Shown here: in pieces, positions 32,652-44,100 of the stretch
How the letters are laid out: each line of letters starts with the position of its first letter
Numbering within the stretch: the stretch's first letter is position 1
Origin: Blastocladiella emersonii ATCC 22665
Lineage: Eukaryota > Fungi > Blastocladiomycota
Assembly (NCBI GenBank): GCA_025594325.1
Contig: JANHCV010000011.1
Location: 868,001-932,000 of the forward strand
DNA length: 64,000 bases
Direction of reading: 5' to 3'
Translations under genes and position numbers: made by a program
Notes under the pieces: model-generated
The model's input: only the letters and a program-made list of their open reading frames with translations
What the model was told of the DNA's origin: nothing
Database searches by the model: none

Positions 32652-34217
32652 TTAGAAGCTACTCGCCATCGCGCCGCTACCGCTGCCACTCGCCCCGTCC
32701 TTTTCGGGGTCGTACGGGATGCCCGGCCAGAAATCGGCCTCGGGACACGTCGTGTGCGAGTGGCGCATGGCGTTCATAACGGCGAGGGTGCGGAAGGTGT
32801 GGCCGAGCGGATACGCGTCGATGTAGGCGCAGATGGCCGCGAGCCGCTTGGTCGTGGCCGGGTCGTACTTGAGCGGCTTGTGCGCGGGCGGGACGGGCTC
32901 GCCGTCGGCCGTGGTGCCCGTTGCGGCGGTGCGCGAGGACGCGTCGGTGTCGGCCTGGGTGTTGCGGATCTCGTCGCACATGGCCGTGTAGTGGGCAAAG
33001 TACGCGAGCAGCTCGTCGATGTTGGAGTCGGCGTTCTGCTGCAGCGTGCGCGTGTCGAGGTGGCTGACGGGGTAGAGGTCGATGACGGCGAAGCGGCAGA
33101 AACCGGCCGAGGCGCAGTGCGGGTACACGACGTTGTCGACTCCCCAGTAGCTGAACCCGTCGAACGGGATCGCCTCCCAATAACAACCTTGCCACGCCGC
33201 CCTGGTGACCACCGGGAACATGAGTTCGCAGAAATCCGTCATCCTGCCGGGCACGTCGATGGAGGCACCGGAATGCCATCGGACGACCGGAAACTGCGGG
33301 TACCAGTCACGGGCGCCCTCCTTGAGCGACGGCTGGGCGACGTGGACGCCGAACCGGCGCATCACGTCCGTGAAGAGACGCGGGCTCCAGTCATCGTCGA
33401 GGCCGACGTCATCGTCCCACAGGAAAATGTACTCGTAGTTGTCGACGACTGCGGGCGTCAGATACCGCTTGGCGAACCACATTTTCGTCTGCCCGACTGC
33501 CCGAACGACGGGAACACCGGCAGCAGCGGGCACATGCGACCAGTCGACGGTCCCATTGAAGTCGAACAGGATCGCCGAGAACCCCTCGTTGCGGAACCGC
33601 TCGAGGACGGGGATAAACCGCTCCTGCGCGCTCGGCGCGACGGCCGCCGCGAGGAGGCCGGGGCTCGCGGGCAGCGGCCACAGGCGCGGTGCGCGGTTGG
33701 ACGTGACGCGCTCGAGGTTGCCGCGCTCGCGGCCGAGGTACTGCGCGAGCGGGCTGCCCGGGAACGCGTTGGCCCGGCGAGCCGCCGCGCCCGTCGCCGC
33801 GGGTCCCGTTGCCGCTGCGGCCGCGGCCAGCGCAGCCGTGTAGTTGTCGGTGGTGCGCGCGGGCGACCGGCCGCCCAGCGAGTACACGAGCAGCGCCATG
33901 AACACGAGGCCGAGCACCATGGTCCCCGCCAGCGCGAGCGGGCGCTGGAACACGCGCTTGCGCGCCGCGAACGACGTGGCGGCCAGGCGCAGATGCAGGA
34001 CCGCGGCGCGTAACCGGGTAGACAGCGAGCGCGACGCGGGGTAGGAGGACGGCGCGCCGGCGGGGTACGACGACGGCGCGGGCAGGCTGGCGGCGAGCAC
34101 GTCATGGTCGTCGTCGTCGTCGGGATCGCGGTGGTGGTGCAGAAGCGCGGCCGTGGCGCTCGGCGGGGTCGAGGTGGCCGAGGCCGAGACCGAGGGCGAT
34201 AGTGCATGGGATTGCAT
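32652..34217 (-). CDS. DUF707-family type II membrane protein (putative glycosyltransferase-like)
   Basis: Single N-terminal TM (LALAGTMVLGLVFMALLVYSL); motifs ILFDFNGTVDW, KMWFAKRYLTP..YEYIFLWDDDVG, VAQPSL, FCELMFPVVTRAAW..YW..WGVD. Start ATG 34217 inferred. Confidence 0.85.
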   Translation of the reverse strand: MQSHALSPSVSASATSTPPSATAALLHHHRDPDDDDDHDVLAASLPAPSSYPAGAPSSYPASRSLSTRLRAAVLHLRLAATSFAARKRVFQRPLALAGTMVLGLVFMALLVYSLGGRSPARTTDNYTAALAAAAAATGPAATGAAARRANAFPGSPLAQYLGRERGNLERVTSNRAPRLWPLPASPGLLAAAVAPSAQERFIPVLERFRNEGFSAILFDFNGTVDWSHVPAAAGVPVVRAVGQTKMWFAKRYLTPAVVDNYEYIFLWDDDVGLDDDWSPRLFTDVMRRFGVHVAQPSLKEGARDWYPQFPVVRWHSGASIDVPGRMTDFCELMFPVVTRAAWQGCYWEAIPFDGFSYWGVDNVVYPHCASAGFCRFAVIDLYPVSHLDTRTLQQNADSNIDELLAYFAHYTAMCDEIRNTQADTDASSRTAATGTTADGEPVPPAHKPLKYDPATTKRLAAICAYIDAYPLGHTFRTLAVMNAMRHSHTTCPEADFWPGIPYDPEKDGASGSGSGAMASSF

Positions 34218-36190
34218 GGTGAGGCGGTGGCGGTGGTAAGTGCAGTGGTGGCCAGGTATAGCAGCGGCAGACCACGCGGGCAGGTTGCGCGTTGCGAGAG
34301 AAGGAGGGAGATGGTCGAGCGACCGGCAGGTGGTCGGCGCGTCCACCGCACTCGTGTTCGCGGCGGTGGAAGCCCGCTGCGCCAAGGAAGTCTGTGGCTT
34401 GGGTCGCGCACGTGTGCGGAACGGTCATGAATTTCGTGTCTCCCAGCGTGCAAGCAAGGGAACCCCTGGTGCAAGCAAGCACGCGAGCTGCGAGACGCGT
34501 CGCGCCGTGCGAGACAGTCGCCGCTCCGCTATCGCCGTCCATCGCGGCGACTCGCAGATGTCTCACGGCCGGTAGGGTCCCTTCACGCTTTCACACCCTC
34601 ACCCTCTCCCTCCCATTCAGGGCATAGAGAGGAAGCCCCCTCCCTCTCCTCACCGCGGCGGATAGCGCACTCTCTCGCGACCAAGGAAGGCGTGTCGTTG
34701 CGCGAGTCGGGTGTGCCCCGGATCAGCGAGTGTGATTGGCTGGGTGCTGAGCCACCACACCACCACGCCGACCTTCCTTCCCTGCCGCCGCCCCCTTCTC
34801 GCGACGCGACGCCGCCGCCGGCCGTGGCGAGTTCACGACGGCGAGCGCGGCGCATCATCATACCCAAGTGTGGCGCAAGCTGGGCTAGCGCGCCGTAGCG
34901 CTCGAAACGGGTCGCGTCGCGACGCAAATAGCAGCGTCCCGCCATGTGGCGAGAGCAACGTGGGACACGGGCGACGGCGTCCGCGGTCGATTGGTCCATC
35001 CGCCTGGCTGGCCGCTGGCCGTCTGGGACGCCGCGCACGACGCCGACCGCAGGCCCGCCGGCGAGTGGTGCGGCACCACCGCGGTCGCCGTGGGTGTGAA
35101 CGTGCTCCCCCTCCTCGGGCGTCTGGGAATAAAGTGTCCAAGGAACCCTCGCTGGCCCTCTTTCTCGCGCCGCACACGTCGTCGTTGTCGCCCGCGACGT
35201 TGCCCACGCACTCTTTCTCCCCTCGCTGCTGCTGGTCAGTCAGATCTCCACCACGGCCGTGCACTTGTACAGAACAGACAGGCTCGCTGCCATCGCCCTC
35301 GCCCGCTTGCACCATCACCGAGGTGCGTTGATCTCGCTCGTCTCCTCGCGCCCTTCCTCCTCCATCTCCTTCTTGCTGCGGACCGACTCAAACGCGGAGT
35401 CGGACACGGAGCGGTACGGCGGGTCTGCCCGCGTCCACCATCCGGGCTCGTCCGACCACGGCAGCAGGAGCACAGCAGCGGCAGCAGCAAACCCTCGCGG
35501 CCGTCGTCGCCACCGAGCGCGATGCGGCGAGTTCTCGCGCTCCTCCGCTCATCCATCGTTGTGCGTCATGCATGGCGTCAGACAAGGGACCGGAGCCGTG
35601 TCGGTCCGCGCGTTTGCACGGCCCTCGCGGCGCGGGTGGATCGCGGCCTGGCAGCGGCGCACGTGAGTGACTGGTCTCTGACTCGCGCCTGCTGCTGTGC
35701 CGCTCGCCGTGGCCATGGCGCCGGCGCCGACTACGCCGTGGTCTGTCTCCTCTGCCCACTTCCATGTCAACCTGATCCTCGCTGCTGCTGCTGCTGCCGA
35801 CTCGCTGCCGCCGTGTCGACCGACGCCCGTGTCCGCAACGTGTGTGTCCCCGCCTCGCACCCCGCACCCTCCACCCGACCTTGTTCCTACCCTGCCCCTT
35901 ACTTGTGCGCACCAGGCACCCTTCCGAAGCGGGATCGGCCGCGCTACCGCGTTGCTAAGGCCGCGCGATAAGTGATCGGCGAGATTGCAATGCTGCCCGT
36001 CATCTCGGCCGTGCACCCCTCGCTCATCTCCGAGCGCCGATCCCGTTCCCACACACGCCCGCCGGTTCTCTGCGGTTCCTCCCCCTCTCCTCCCCCTCAT
36101 CTCCCCTTCTGCTCCCCGCACAGCAGCAACTCGAGAGCTGACGATCCTCTCTCTCCTCCTCGTCACGCAGATCGACTACGACGCCGAGCC

Positions 36191-38959
36191 ATGCTCGCCA
36201 GCAATCCCCACGACCTGCTGCCGCCGACGCCGCCATCACCGCCCCTCGCCCCCTCCAACTACGACATGCCCTCTGACACCGACGCCGATGCGTGGTGCTG
36301 GGCGCCGCCCGCGCCGCCCACCGACATCGAGGCCAAGTACCGTGCCTCGTCGCGGTTCCGCAACGCGCTGTTCCACTCGCTGCAAACCGACTCGCCCGCC
36401 GCGCGCGCCGCCGCCCTCGCGTCGACCGCCCAGATCGTCCACTCGTGGGCCGACCTGTGCTTTGCCGACGCCGCGCGGCCGTCCACGGCCCCGCCAAGGT
36501 CCGGCTCTGGCGGCGATCCGGGCGCCATGGCCGACGGCAGCGACCTCGCGGCCCCGCCATCGCCCGTGTCGCTCGCGCCGACGCCCGAGGACAGCACCGC
36601 GAGCCTGCCGGGCGGCACCACGGCGCACCTGCTCGGCCGCCAGCCGTCCCTGCCCGCGCTCCGCGGCAACTCGGCGCCCGACCCGGCCACGGCGTCGCTG
36701 TCGCTGTCGCGGTCCAACTCGGTCGGGTCGGCGCACGGCAGCGTGCGCCGGTCCAACAGCACGTCGGGCCCGTCGGGCGCCGCTTCCTCGGCGCGCGCCC
36801 TGCACAAGAGCCCGTCGCTCACGCTGCCGCGCACGCCGCCCGCGAGCAACGGGAGCGGCGCCTCGACGCCGTCTTCCTCGAGCTCATCCTCGCCATCCTC
36901 GTCCATGTCCATCACCGGCAACAACGACGACGCAGTCCCGTCGTCCCCGCTCGACGCGCACGAGGAGACGCGGCACCTGCTGCACCTGCACCTGCTGACA
37001 CTCGTCCGCCTGGCCGCGACGTGTCCGCACGCGGACGTGCGGTCGGGCCTGCGCGCGGTGCTGCGGGACGTGCGCGTGCGGCACGGGATCCCTCTCCCAC
37101 GGCCCGTGCATCCGTCGCCGTCGTGCTTCATCGCCGCGACCGCGCTCGCTCCCTTGCCGGCCGCGACCGACCACGAGGCGGTGCGGCTGCCGCGCATCGG
37201 GTATGGCACGCCGCGCGACGTGCGCAACGCGCTCGACGACGTGTTCCTGTCGGCGTCCGCGGGCCGCGTCGACCACCTCGACCGCGTGCTCGCCTACTTC
37301 CCGCGGTACCTGCGCAAGTCGCGCCGCGCCGCACACCACCTCGTCTTCGATATGCCCGGCCCGCTGCCGCGCACCTGGCGCCTGTTTCTCGGGTTGACCG
37401 CGGCGGCGCAGCACCGCAATTTGGCCGTGGCGGGCCTGTTCCGCCTCGAGTTCCTGCAGCAGGCGGGCGACCCGGCGTGGATCGACCCGGCGACGGGCGG
37501 CGTGCACGCGGGGACCGCGGTCCCCGCGAAACTCGCCGCGCTCGCCCCGCTCAACGCCCTGCTCGCGCACCAGCCGTGGCGCGTCGGCGCGCAGCACATT
37601 GCGCGGCTCGTCGTCGACCATGGGTGGAGCGTCGGCGAGCTCGTCCACGCGATCGTCGTCCTCGCCACGGTCCACGCCCAGTCCGCCATGGCGTTCGGGT
37701 GCGGCGTTGTCCCGGAACTCGACGCGCCCGGCGGCGCCGTGTACGTCGCCCCGCCGCCTGCGGATGCGGCTGAGACCAGCGCGGTGCCCGCGGCGGTCGA
37801 GGACGAGGTCGCGCTCGTCGCGTCGCCGCCCGCCGAGCTCGTCGCCGAGGCGGCCGAGGGTGGGGTCGCGGGAGGTATTGTCTCGCCTGCCGAACTCTCG
37901 CTCACGGACCAGCTCATCTCGCGGCTCATGGAGTCGTCGGCCATGCTCGACTCGGAGGGCGAGGCCGACGAGCCCGCTGCTGCCGCCGCGCCCGAGGCGG
38001 CGCAGGAGGGCCAGCAGCGCGCGTTATTCGAAAAGTGCGAGAACCCCGACAGTACGTTCACTCTCATCTGGACGGACCTTCGACTCGAAAGCTAACGGAT
38101 CGCTTCTCACCTAGTCTCGGCGTCCGACAGCGAGTCGGAGCGCGACCTGGTCCCTCCGCACCTGGACCACTCGTACCTGGCGCGGGTCCCTCCGTCGACC
38201 GACCCCGCCACTGCCCCGATCCTCGCGCCCGGGTGCGTCCCCGCTCTGTCGGCGGCCGACCTCGACCGCATGGCCGACGTGTACACGGCGTCGCCGGACG
38301 ACTGCGAGGGCGTGTCGGGGTACGTCGACTTCGACGTGAAATCGACGCAGTACTCGGTGTTCCGGCTCACGGACTGGTCGTGGGAGGACCACGGCGTCGA
38401 GCTCGTGTCCAAGTACCTCGGCCACGAGCTCGCCGAGTACCTCGACGACGCGTTCGAGGAGGCGCGGCATATGACCATCTACTCGGTGTTCTCGACGGGC
38501 GAGGAGGATGACGAGGAGGAGGACTACGACGATTATGACGAGTCCGAGGACGACGACCAGGACGGCGACGCATCCCCCGCCACGGGCGCGGGCGCGGGCG
38601 GAGATACCCACAGCATCGCCGGGTCGACGTCGACGTGGGGCGCGTCGGGCGTCGACACGGCGCCGTTCCGCGAGGCCATCTGGTACTACTCGCTGCGCCT
38701 GTTCGGCCAGTCCATGGACGACTACCAGTACGCGCTCGTCAACCACTTTGTCAACAAGCGCACCAAGGCCTTCATCAAGAAGGTGGCCACGGCCCCGCAC
38801 GCGCTCGCGTTCCGCGACTGGATGCGCATGGGCATCGTGCTCCGCCCCGAGGAGAAGGCTCACGTCGTCGTCCTGGTCGCGGAAGCGAGGAAGCAGGCCG
38901 AGCTCGTCTGGGCGCTCTCGGCCGTCGTCAAGTACCTCGACGGCGGCCGGTCGCGGTGA
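36191..38959 (+). CDS. SESN: Sestrin (PA26 family), about 901 aa; exons 36191-38051 and 38115-38959
   Basis: GPLPRTWR..AAAQH..EFLQQAGDP.W, LNALLAHQPW, WSVGELVHAIVVL..H, WSWEDHG, DT..FREAIWYY..FG..DDY.Y..VN, EEKAHV..V.EARKQAEL.WAL. 63-nt intron 38052-38114. Confidence 0.93.
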
Positions 38960-39038
38960 GCGAGAGGAGGAGGAGGAGGATTAGGAGTAGTGTACAAATG
39001 ATATATATAAAAACTCTCGTGTATCACACCCCTTGGTA

Positions 39039-40799
39039 TCACTCGCACGCGCCGTCCAGGTCCACGAGCTCGCGCAGCAGCAGCGCGAGCACCCGCGGAT
39101 CATCTTCAACCTCGCCCGTGTCGCCCGACTCGGCCGTCGGCGCCGCGGGAGGGGCGGCCATGGCCGCGGGAACCACCGCCGTTGCGATCCCCCGCAGCGG
39201 CAATGGTGGCAGCGGGACCGCGAGCTCGAGCGTCGTCGTCGGCCGCTGCTGCTGCTGCTGCGGCGGCGGCGGCGCACACCCGTGGCAGGCGCAGCTATCG
39301 CCCGACGGCTGTGGTGGGGCGGACACCGCTTGCTCGCCGCGCGTCGGCAGCAGGAGGAGCATCGGCGGCGAACTCGGCGCGGGCACCGTACACGGCACCG
39401 GCGGCGGGTGCGCCAGCGGGTCGCTCGCGCGCTGCCACGCGGCCCACGCGGCATGGTGGTGGTCGGGCTCGAACTCGTGTTCCGGGTGCGACGCCGCGGG
39501 TGACGGGAACGCGAGCGCGTCGGTCATGGTCGAGATGGGCAGTGGTGGAGGTGGGACCGCGACGTCCCACAGCGGGTCGATCCCAAACAGCATCTGCGTT
39601 GGCGGGTGGTGCGCGTGGTGGTCGGGGATCGCGGGCGAGGTAAAGTCGAACTCGAAGGGTAGCGGGAACACGGGGACGAGGAGCGGCGGCGGTGGCGCGG
39701 GCGGCGGGATCCACGACGTGGTGGTGGTCGTCGGGGCGGGGAAGGCGGGCGCGGACGGTGGTGGGACAGCGGGCGGTGACGGCGGCGCCCGCCGCGCGCG
39801 TTTCCCGCGGCCGGCCGACGACGAGGACGGGGTGGGCGCGGGCAGCGTGGCTGACATGGCCGCGTTCATGTCGGCGACCGACTCGTCCATGGTGCTGACG
39901 CGCGGGCGCACCGTGCCGCGCTGCGTCTGCGCCTGCTGATGCGGTGGGGGCGGCGGATGGCGGGGTGCCGGGTGCGACCACGGCGACGACATGGTGGCCG
40001 CGCGTTGGATCTGCGGCGGCTGGTGCTGCGGTGTCGCCAACGACGCCGAGGCCGCGCGCGCCATGGCCATCTCGGCGGCGAGGGCCACGGACCCGCCGGC
40101 CGCCGTGGCCGCCGCGCAGTCGCGCCGGTACCGCGGCTCGTCGAGGATCCAGCGCGCCTTCCCCGCCCCCGCTGATGCCTCGATCTTGACCCCACCCTCT
40201 TCCTCATCGGTATCGCTACTCCCCGGTCCCGCCGCCGCGACATCGACGGGCAGAAACCACGGGTGCCGGCTGAGCGCCGCGACGACGGCGGCGCGGTGCA
40301 CGTCGCGCATACCCGGCGGCAGGTGGTTCGGGCACGGCGGGAGCGCGAGCAGGACGCTGCGCTGCGAGAGGCCGCGGTACGGGCGCGCGGGGCGTGACGC
40401 CGTCGAGATGAACACGCGCGCGACCGACGGCGCATACAGCGCCGCGGCGCTCGCGGAGGGCAGGGAGGCGGCCGTCTGGATCAGGGCGTCGAGGTCCGGG
40501 TCCGACGATGACGCGCGCGGCGGGTCCGAGAGGGGTGGAGCCGAGGCGGGGCGCGGGAGATGCTCGGCGGCCGCCGCGGCGGCGACGGAAGAAGTGTACC
40601 CGCGCGGCACGCGGCAGTGCGCGGGGACGGACGCCGGCTCGAACATGGGCAGGTACGGGTTGCGCGAGTACGGGCGGAGCAGCGCGCGGTTGCTGCTGGT
40701 GTTGCTGCTGCTGCGTGCAGGGCTGCTGTACATGGCGGGGGCGGCAAAGGGCGCGTGGAGAGGGAGCGGGCCGCCGCGCGCGTGTGGTGCAGAGTACAT
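39039..40799 (-). CDS. Hypothetical Pro/Ala-rich protein, weak resemblance to a degenerate forkhead domain
   Basis: Long ORF bounded by AT-rich 3' spacer; RAAVVAALSRHPWFLPV..GKARWILDEP loosely recalls WxNSIRHNLS..CF.KV..GKG..W.LDP. Confidence 0.55.
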   Translation of the reverse strand: MYSAPHARGGPLPLHAPFAAPAMYSSPARSSSNTSSNRALLRPYSRNPYLPMFEPASVPAHCRVPRGYTSSVAAAAAAEHLPRPASAPPLSDPPRASSSDPDLDALIQTAASLPSASAAALYAPSVARVFISTASRPARPYRGLSQRSVLLALPPCPNHLPPGMRDVHRAAVVAALSRHPWFLPVDVAAAGPGSSDTDEEEGGVKIEASAGAGKARWILDEPRYRRDCAAATAAGGSVALAAEMAMARAASASLATPQHQPPQIQRAATMSSPWSHPAPRHPPPPPHQQAQTQRGTVRPRVSTMDESVADMNAAMSATLPAPTPSSSSAGRGKRARRAPPSPPAVPPPSAPAFPAPTTTTTSWIPPPAPPPPLLVPVFPLPFEFDFTSPAIPDHHAHHPPTQMLFGIDPLWDVAVPPPPLPISTMTDALAFPSPAASHPEHEFEPDHHHAAWAAWQRASDPLAHPPPVPCTVPAPSSPPMLLLLPTRGEQAVSAPPQPSGDSCACHGCAPPPPQQQQQRPTTTLELAVPLPPLPLRGIATAVVPAAMAAPPAAPTAESGDTGEVEDDPRVLALLLRELVDLDGACE

Positions 40800-41161
40800 G
40801 GCGCAGCGTGCGTGATTGGAGTGCTGATGCGTTGTCGTCGCGGCGCTGATGACGTTGCGCGCCGCCGTGCGTGGGATGGAGGGGGAGCGGCGGCGACGCA
40901 CGGGCTGGGCTGGCCGGTCGCCGTTTCCTCACACCGGAGCGCGGGCCGCGCGGGGGGTGGAAGCCGGGCGAGCGGTGAGGGGCACCGCGTCGGGATCGAC
41001 CCGCCGGCCGCGAGCCCTGAGGAGCGGCGAGGGGAGGGAGAGTGTGGCGCAACGCGTCCGTCGGCTCCCACGCACGCGGACTGTCTCCCTCCGCGTGTCT
41101 CGCACCCGCCGGTTCCCAGTCTGCGGTGCGGTTGCGCAAACATGTGTATTTCCCTTACAGC

Positions 41162-44100
41162 TCACCTGTTGAGCCCGCCCGGGACCGAGCTGCTCGCCGT
41201 GTTCGACGCGGGCGACGCCGACCCGGACCCCGGCCGGTTGAAGTTGAACCCGCCGGCGCCCGCCGCCGCGAGCGTCGTCGACAGCGCCGCGATCCCGATC
41301 CGCTCGCCGCTGTCGCCCGCGCTCGAAGGTCCCGTGGAGGGCTCCTCGGCGAGGACATGGACCGTGCTAGATCGCCGCCGCTCGAACGCCGATGCGGGCA
41401 GCGCGGGGGTCGCGACGGACGACCGCCGCCGTGCGCCGGACCCGCGCCGCCGACTGCGCCGCTCGCGGGCCTCACGCTGGCTCGCGCTGCTGCGCGTCGC
41501 GATCAGGATGCCCAGCAGCACGCCGCCGACGGCGGTCGCCGCGCACAGGAGCGCGATGAGCTGGCCCGAGGCCGGGATCGCGAGCAGGATGACGAGAGCG
41601 CACGCGATCGAGACGCTGAACAGCGCCGCGATCTGCGCGACCACGCGGCAGTTGCGCCGCCGCCGCTGGTTTTGTGGGGTGCTCGACTCGGTGTCGGGCG
41701 GCGGCGTCGTGATGGACGCGCCGAACCACCCGCCGAACCACGTGCGCGGCGGGGCGGCCTGGACCGCGCTCGCGGCGTCGGTCCGCGACCCGCGCCGGGT
41801 TGTCGTTGAGGCGAGCCCGGGGTGCAGCGGGACCAGGCTGCTTCGCCGGCGCCCCGGCGTCATGAGCCCCGCCGCGGCCGTGCCCTGCTGCCGCGACCCG
41901 CGCCGGCTGCCCGAGATGGACACCTGGCTCGACCGCGAGCTGCGCCGCACGCCCCACGGCGTCGTGAGCCCGCCGCCGCCGCCCGTGAGCGACTGGCTGA
42001 TGGCCGAGTTGAAGGTCCCGAGCGCGTCGCTACCCGCTCCCACCGCGTCGTGGGCCTGAAACTCGTCCGTGTCGAGGTCCTCGTACTCGCCCTCGTCGTC
42101 ATTGAACGGCTCGAACCCGCCGGCCGTCGCCGAAGGCCCAAACATCTCGCCGTGGTCGCCGACCGCCGGGTCGAGGTACTCGTCGACGCCCAGATCCTCG
42201 AGCAGCTCGGGCAGCACGATCCCCTCCTCGAGCAGCTGGTCGCGCGAGATTTCGAACAGCTGCGCGTCCTCGGGCGTCAGCGCGTTCACGTCAAACACCT
42301 GCCTCACGTGCGACAGGCTCAGGTAGTCGTCGTCGGTCCCGATGTGCACTGCGCGGTACACGGTAGTGGTCGCGGTACCGCCCGTGATGCTCGCGTTGCC
42401 GCTCGAAGTCAGACTCGCGAGGGTCCCGGCTCCGTTCAGCGACGTCGACGGCACCTCGACCGCGCTCAGGATCTGCCCGCCGCCCGTGCCCGTGCTCGTG
42501 CTCCGGATTGACCCGGCGTACGACGACGCTGATGTCGCGCGCGGCCGCATCGTCGCGGCCACGACCGCGGGACTCGGGCCCGACGCACCGCCGTGGCTCG
42601 CGCTGCACCCGTTCCCCCCACTGCAGCTCGTTCGATGATTCGGGACGGGCGGCGCCGTGGCCACGCGCTCGACGACGGGTTTCGGCGGTGCGTGCTCGAC
42701 CGGCGGCGGCGGCGGCGCGGGAGGCAGCGGGAGATCGCTCGCGGTGCTGTCCGTCGACGACGCGCCGATCGTCGTGTGCTCCATGGGCCGCGGCCGCGGC
42801 GGCGGCTTGGGGACCTCTGGCGGCGCAGCGAGCTCGTCCTCGAGCGACCCGCCGCGCACGCTCGACACCTGCGACGCGTCGCCCGACGAGATGGCTGACA
42901 GCGACGACGAGTAGAACGCGCCGACGGCGAGCGGCGGGCTGAGCGTTGCGCGGTTCGCGCTCAGCACGAGCGGGTCGTCTCCGCCACTACCGCCGCCGCC
43001 GCCGCCGTTGTTGTTGACGAGCAGCGACAGCGTGCTCGAGGTCTGCGGGACCGCGATGGCTGGCGTCGACCCGTTCGCCGCGGCTACGCCGCGTGCACCG
43101 GTCGTGGGCGCGCTCTTGGCGCGCAGCGTGATCTTCCACGCCGAGGATGACGACGAGCCCGGGCCCGACCGCGTGGTATCGGGCGGGAGCTGAACGAGCG
43201 ACGTGTGCGACGCGGCCGTGCCCGCGCGAGGCGCTGCGGCGGCGAGGAGAGCGAGGTCTTTGGTGCTGCTGCGCCGGCGGCCCGATGGCACAGGACGGGC
43301 GTGATGATGGCGGGTGCCGAGCTCCTCGCTCGTGCTGTGCACGGGAGGGCGCGGGTCGCTACACACGCTCGGCGGGGTGAGATAGGGGCTCGGGGATGGC
43401 GAGGAGAGAACGTACGATGAGTTGAGCAGCACGGCCGACGCCCGCCGCTGCCCGCTGCCCGCGAGCTCGTGCGCGGACCCCGCCGGCGGCGCTGGCGCGC
43501 CCGAGCCCACTGAGAACCCGTGCGCTGGCGGGACGCGGTCCGCCCGCGTCGGGAGCGGGGACGGCGCGACGTCGGCCGTACTCCCGCGCATCCCGCTCCC
43601 GACTCGCAGGTCCGTCGACAGCACGCGCGCGCTGGCCAGCCGCGCGGGCCCGACGATCTCGGCGATACGGATCTGGTCGCCGCGCCCGATGCTCTGCTCC
43701 ATGAGCTGCACGAACGACGTGACGGCGTCCGGGTTGCGGTACGGCGACGGCGGCACGGGTGTCGGGGCCGGTGCGGGTGCCAGCGGCTGACCGGGGTTCA
43801 GGATCGAGTCGAGGACCGAGTAGTCCTCCTCCTTGATCTCGAGGACACCCGACGGCGTCGCGATGGCGCGGACGGGCGTGGTGGCGTCCGAGTCGCCCGG
43901 GACCGCGGCCGACGGGATCGACGGAAGCGTGGCGGACCGCTGCGCTGTGGTCGAGTCCATGGACGCGGTGCCGTCGAGGCTCGATGCGCGAGACCCGCGC
44001 GCACCGCCGCCGCTGCGCGAGGCCGAGGGCGACGGCGCCGCGCCGTGGTGCGCGGTCCGCCGCCAGTGTCCGCGGACCTCGGGCTCGACGAGAAAGTACG

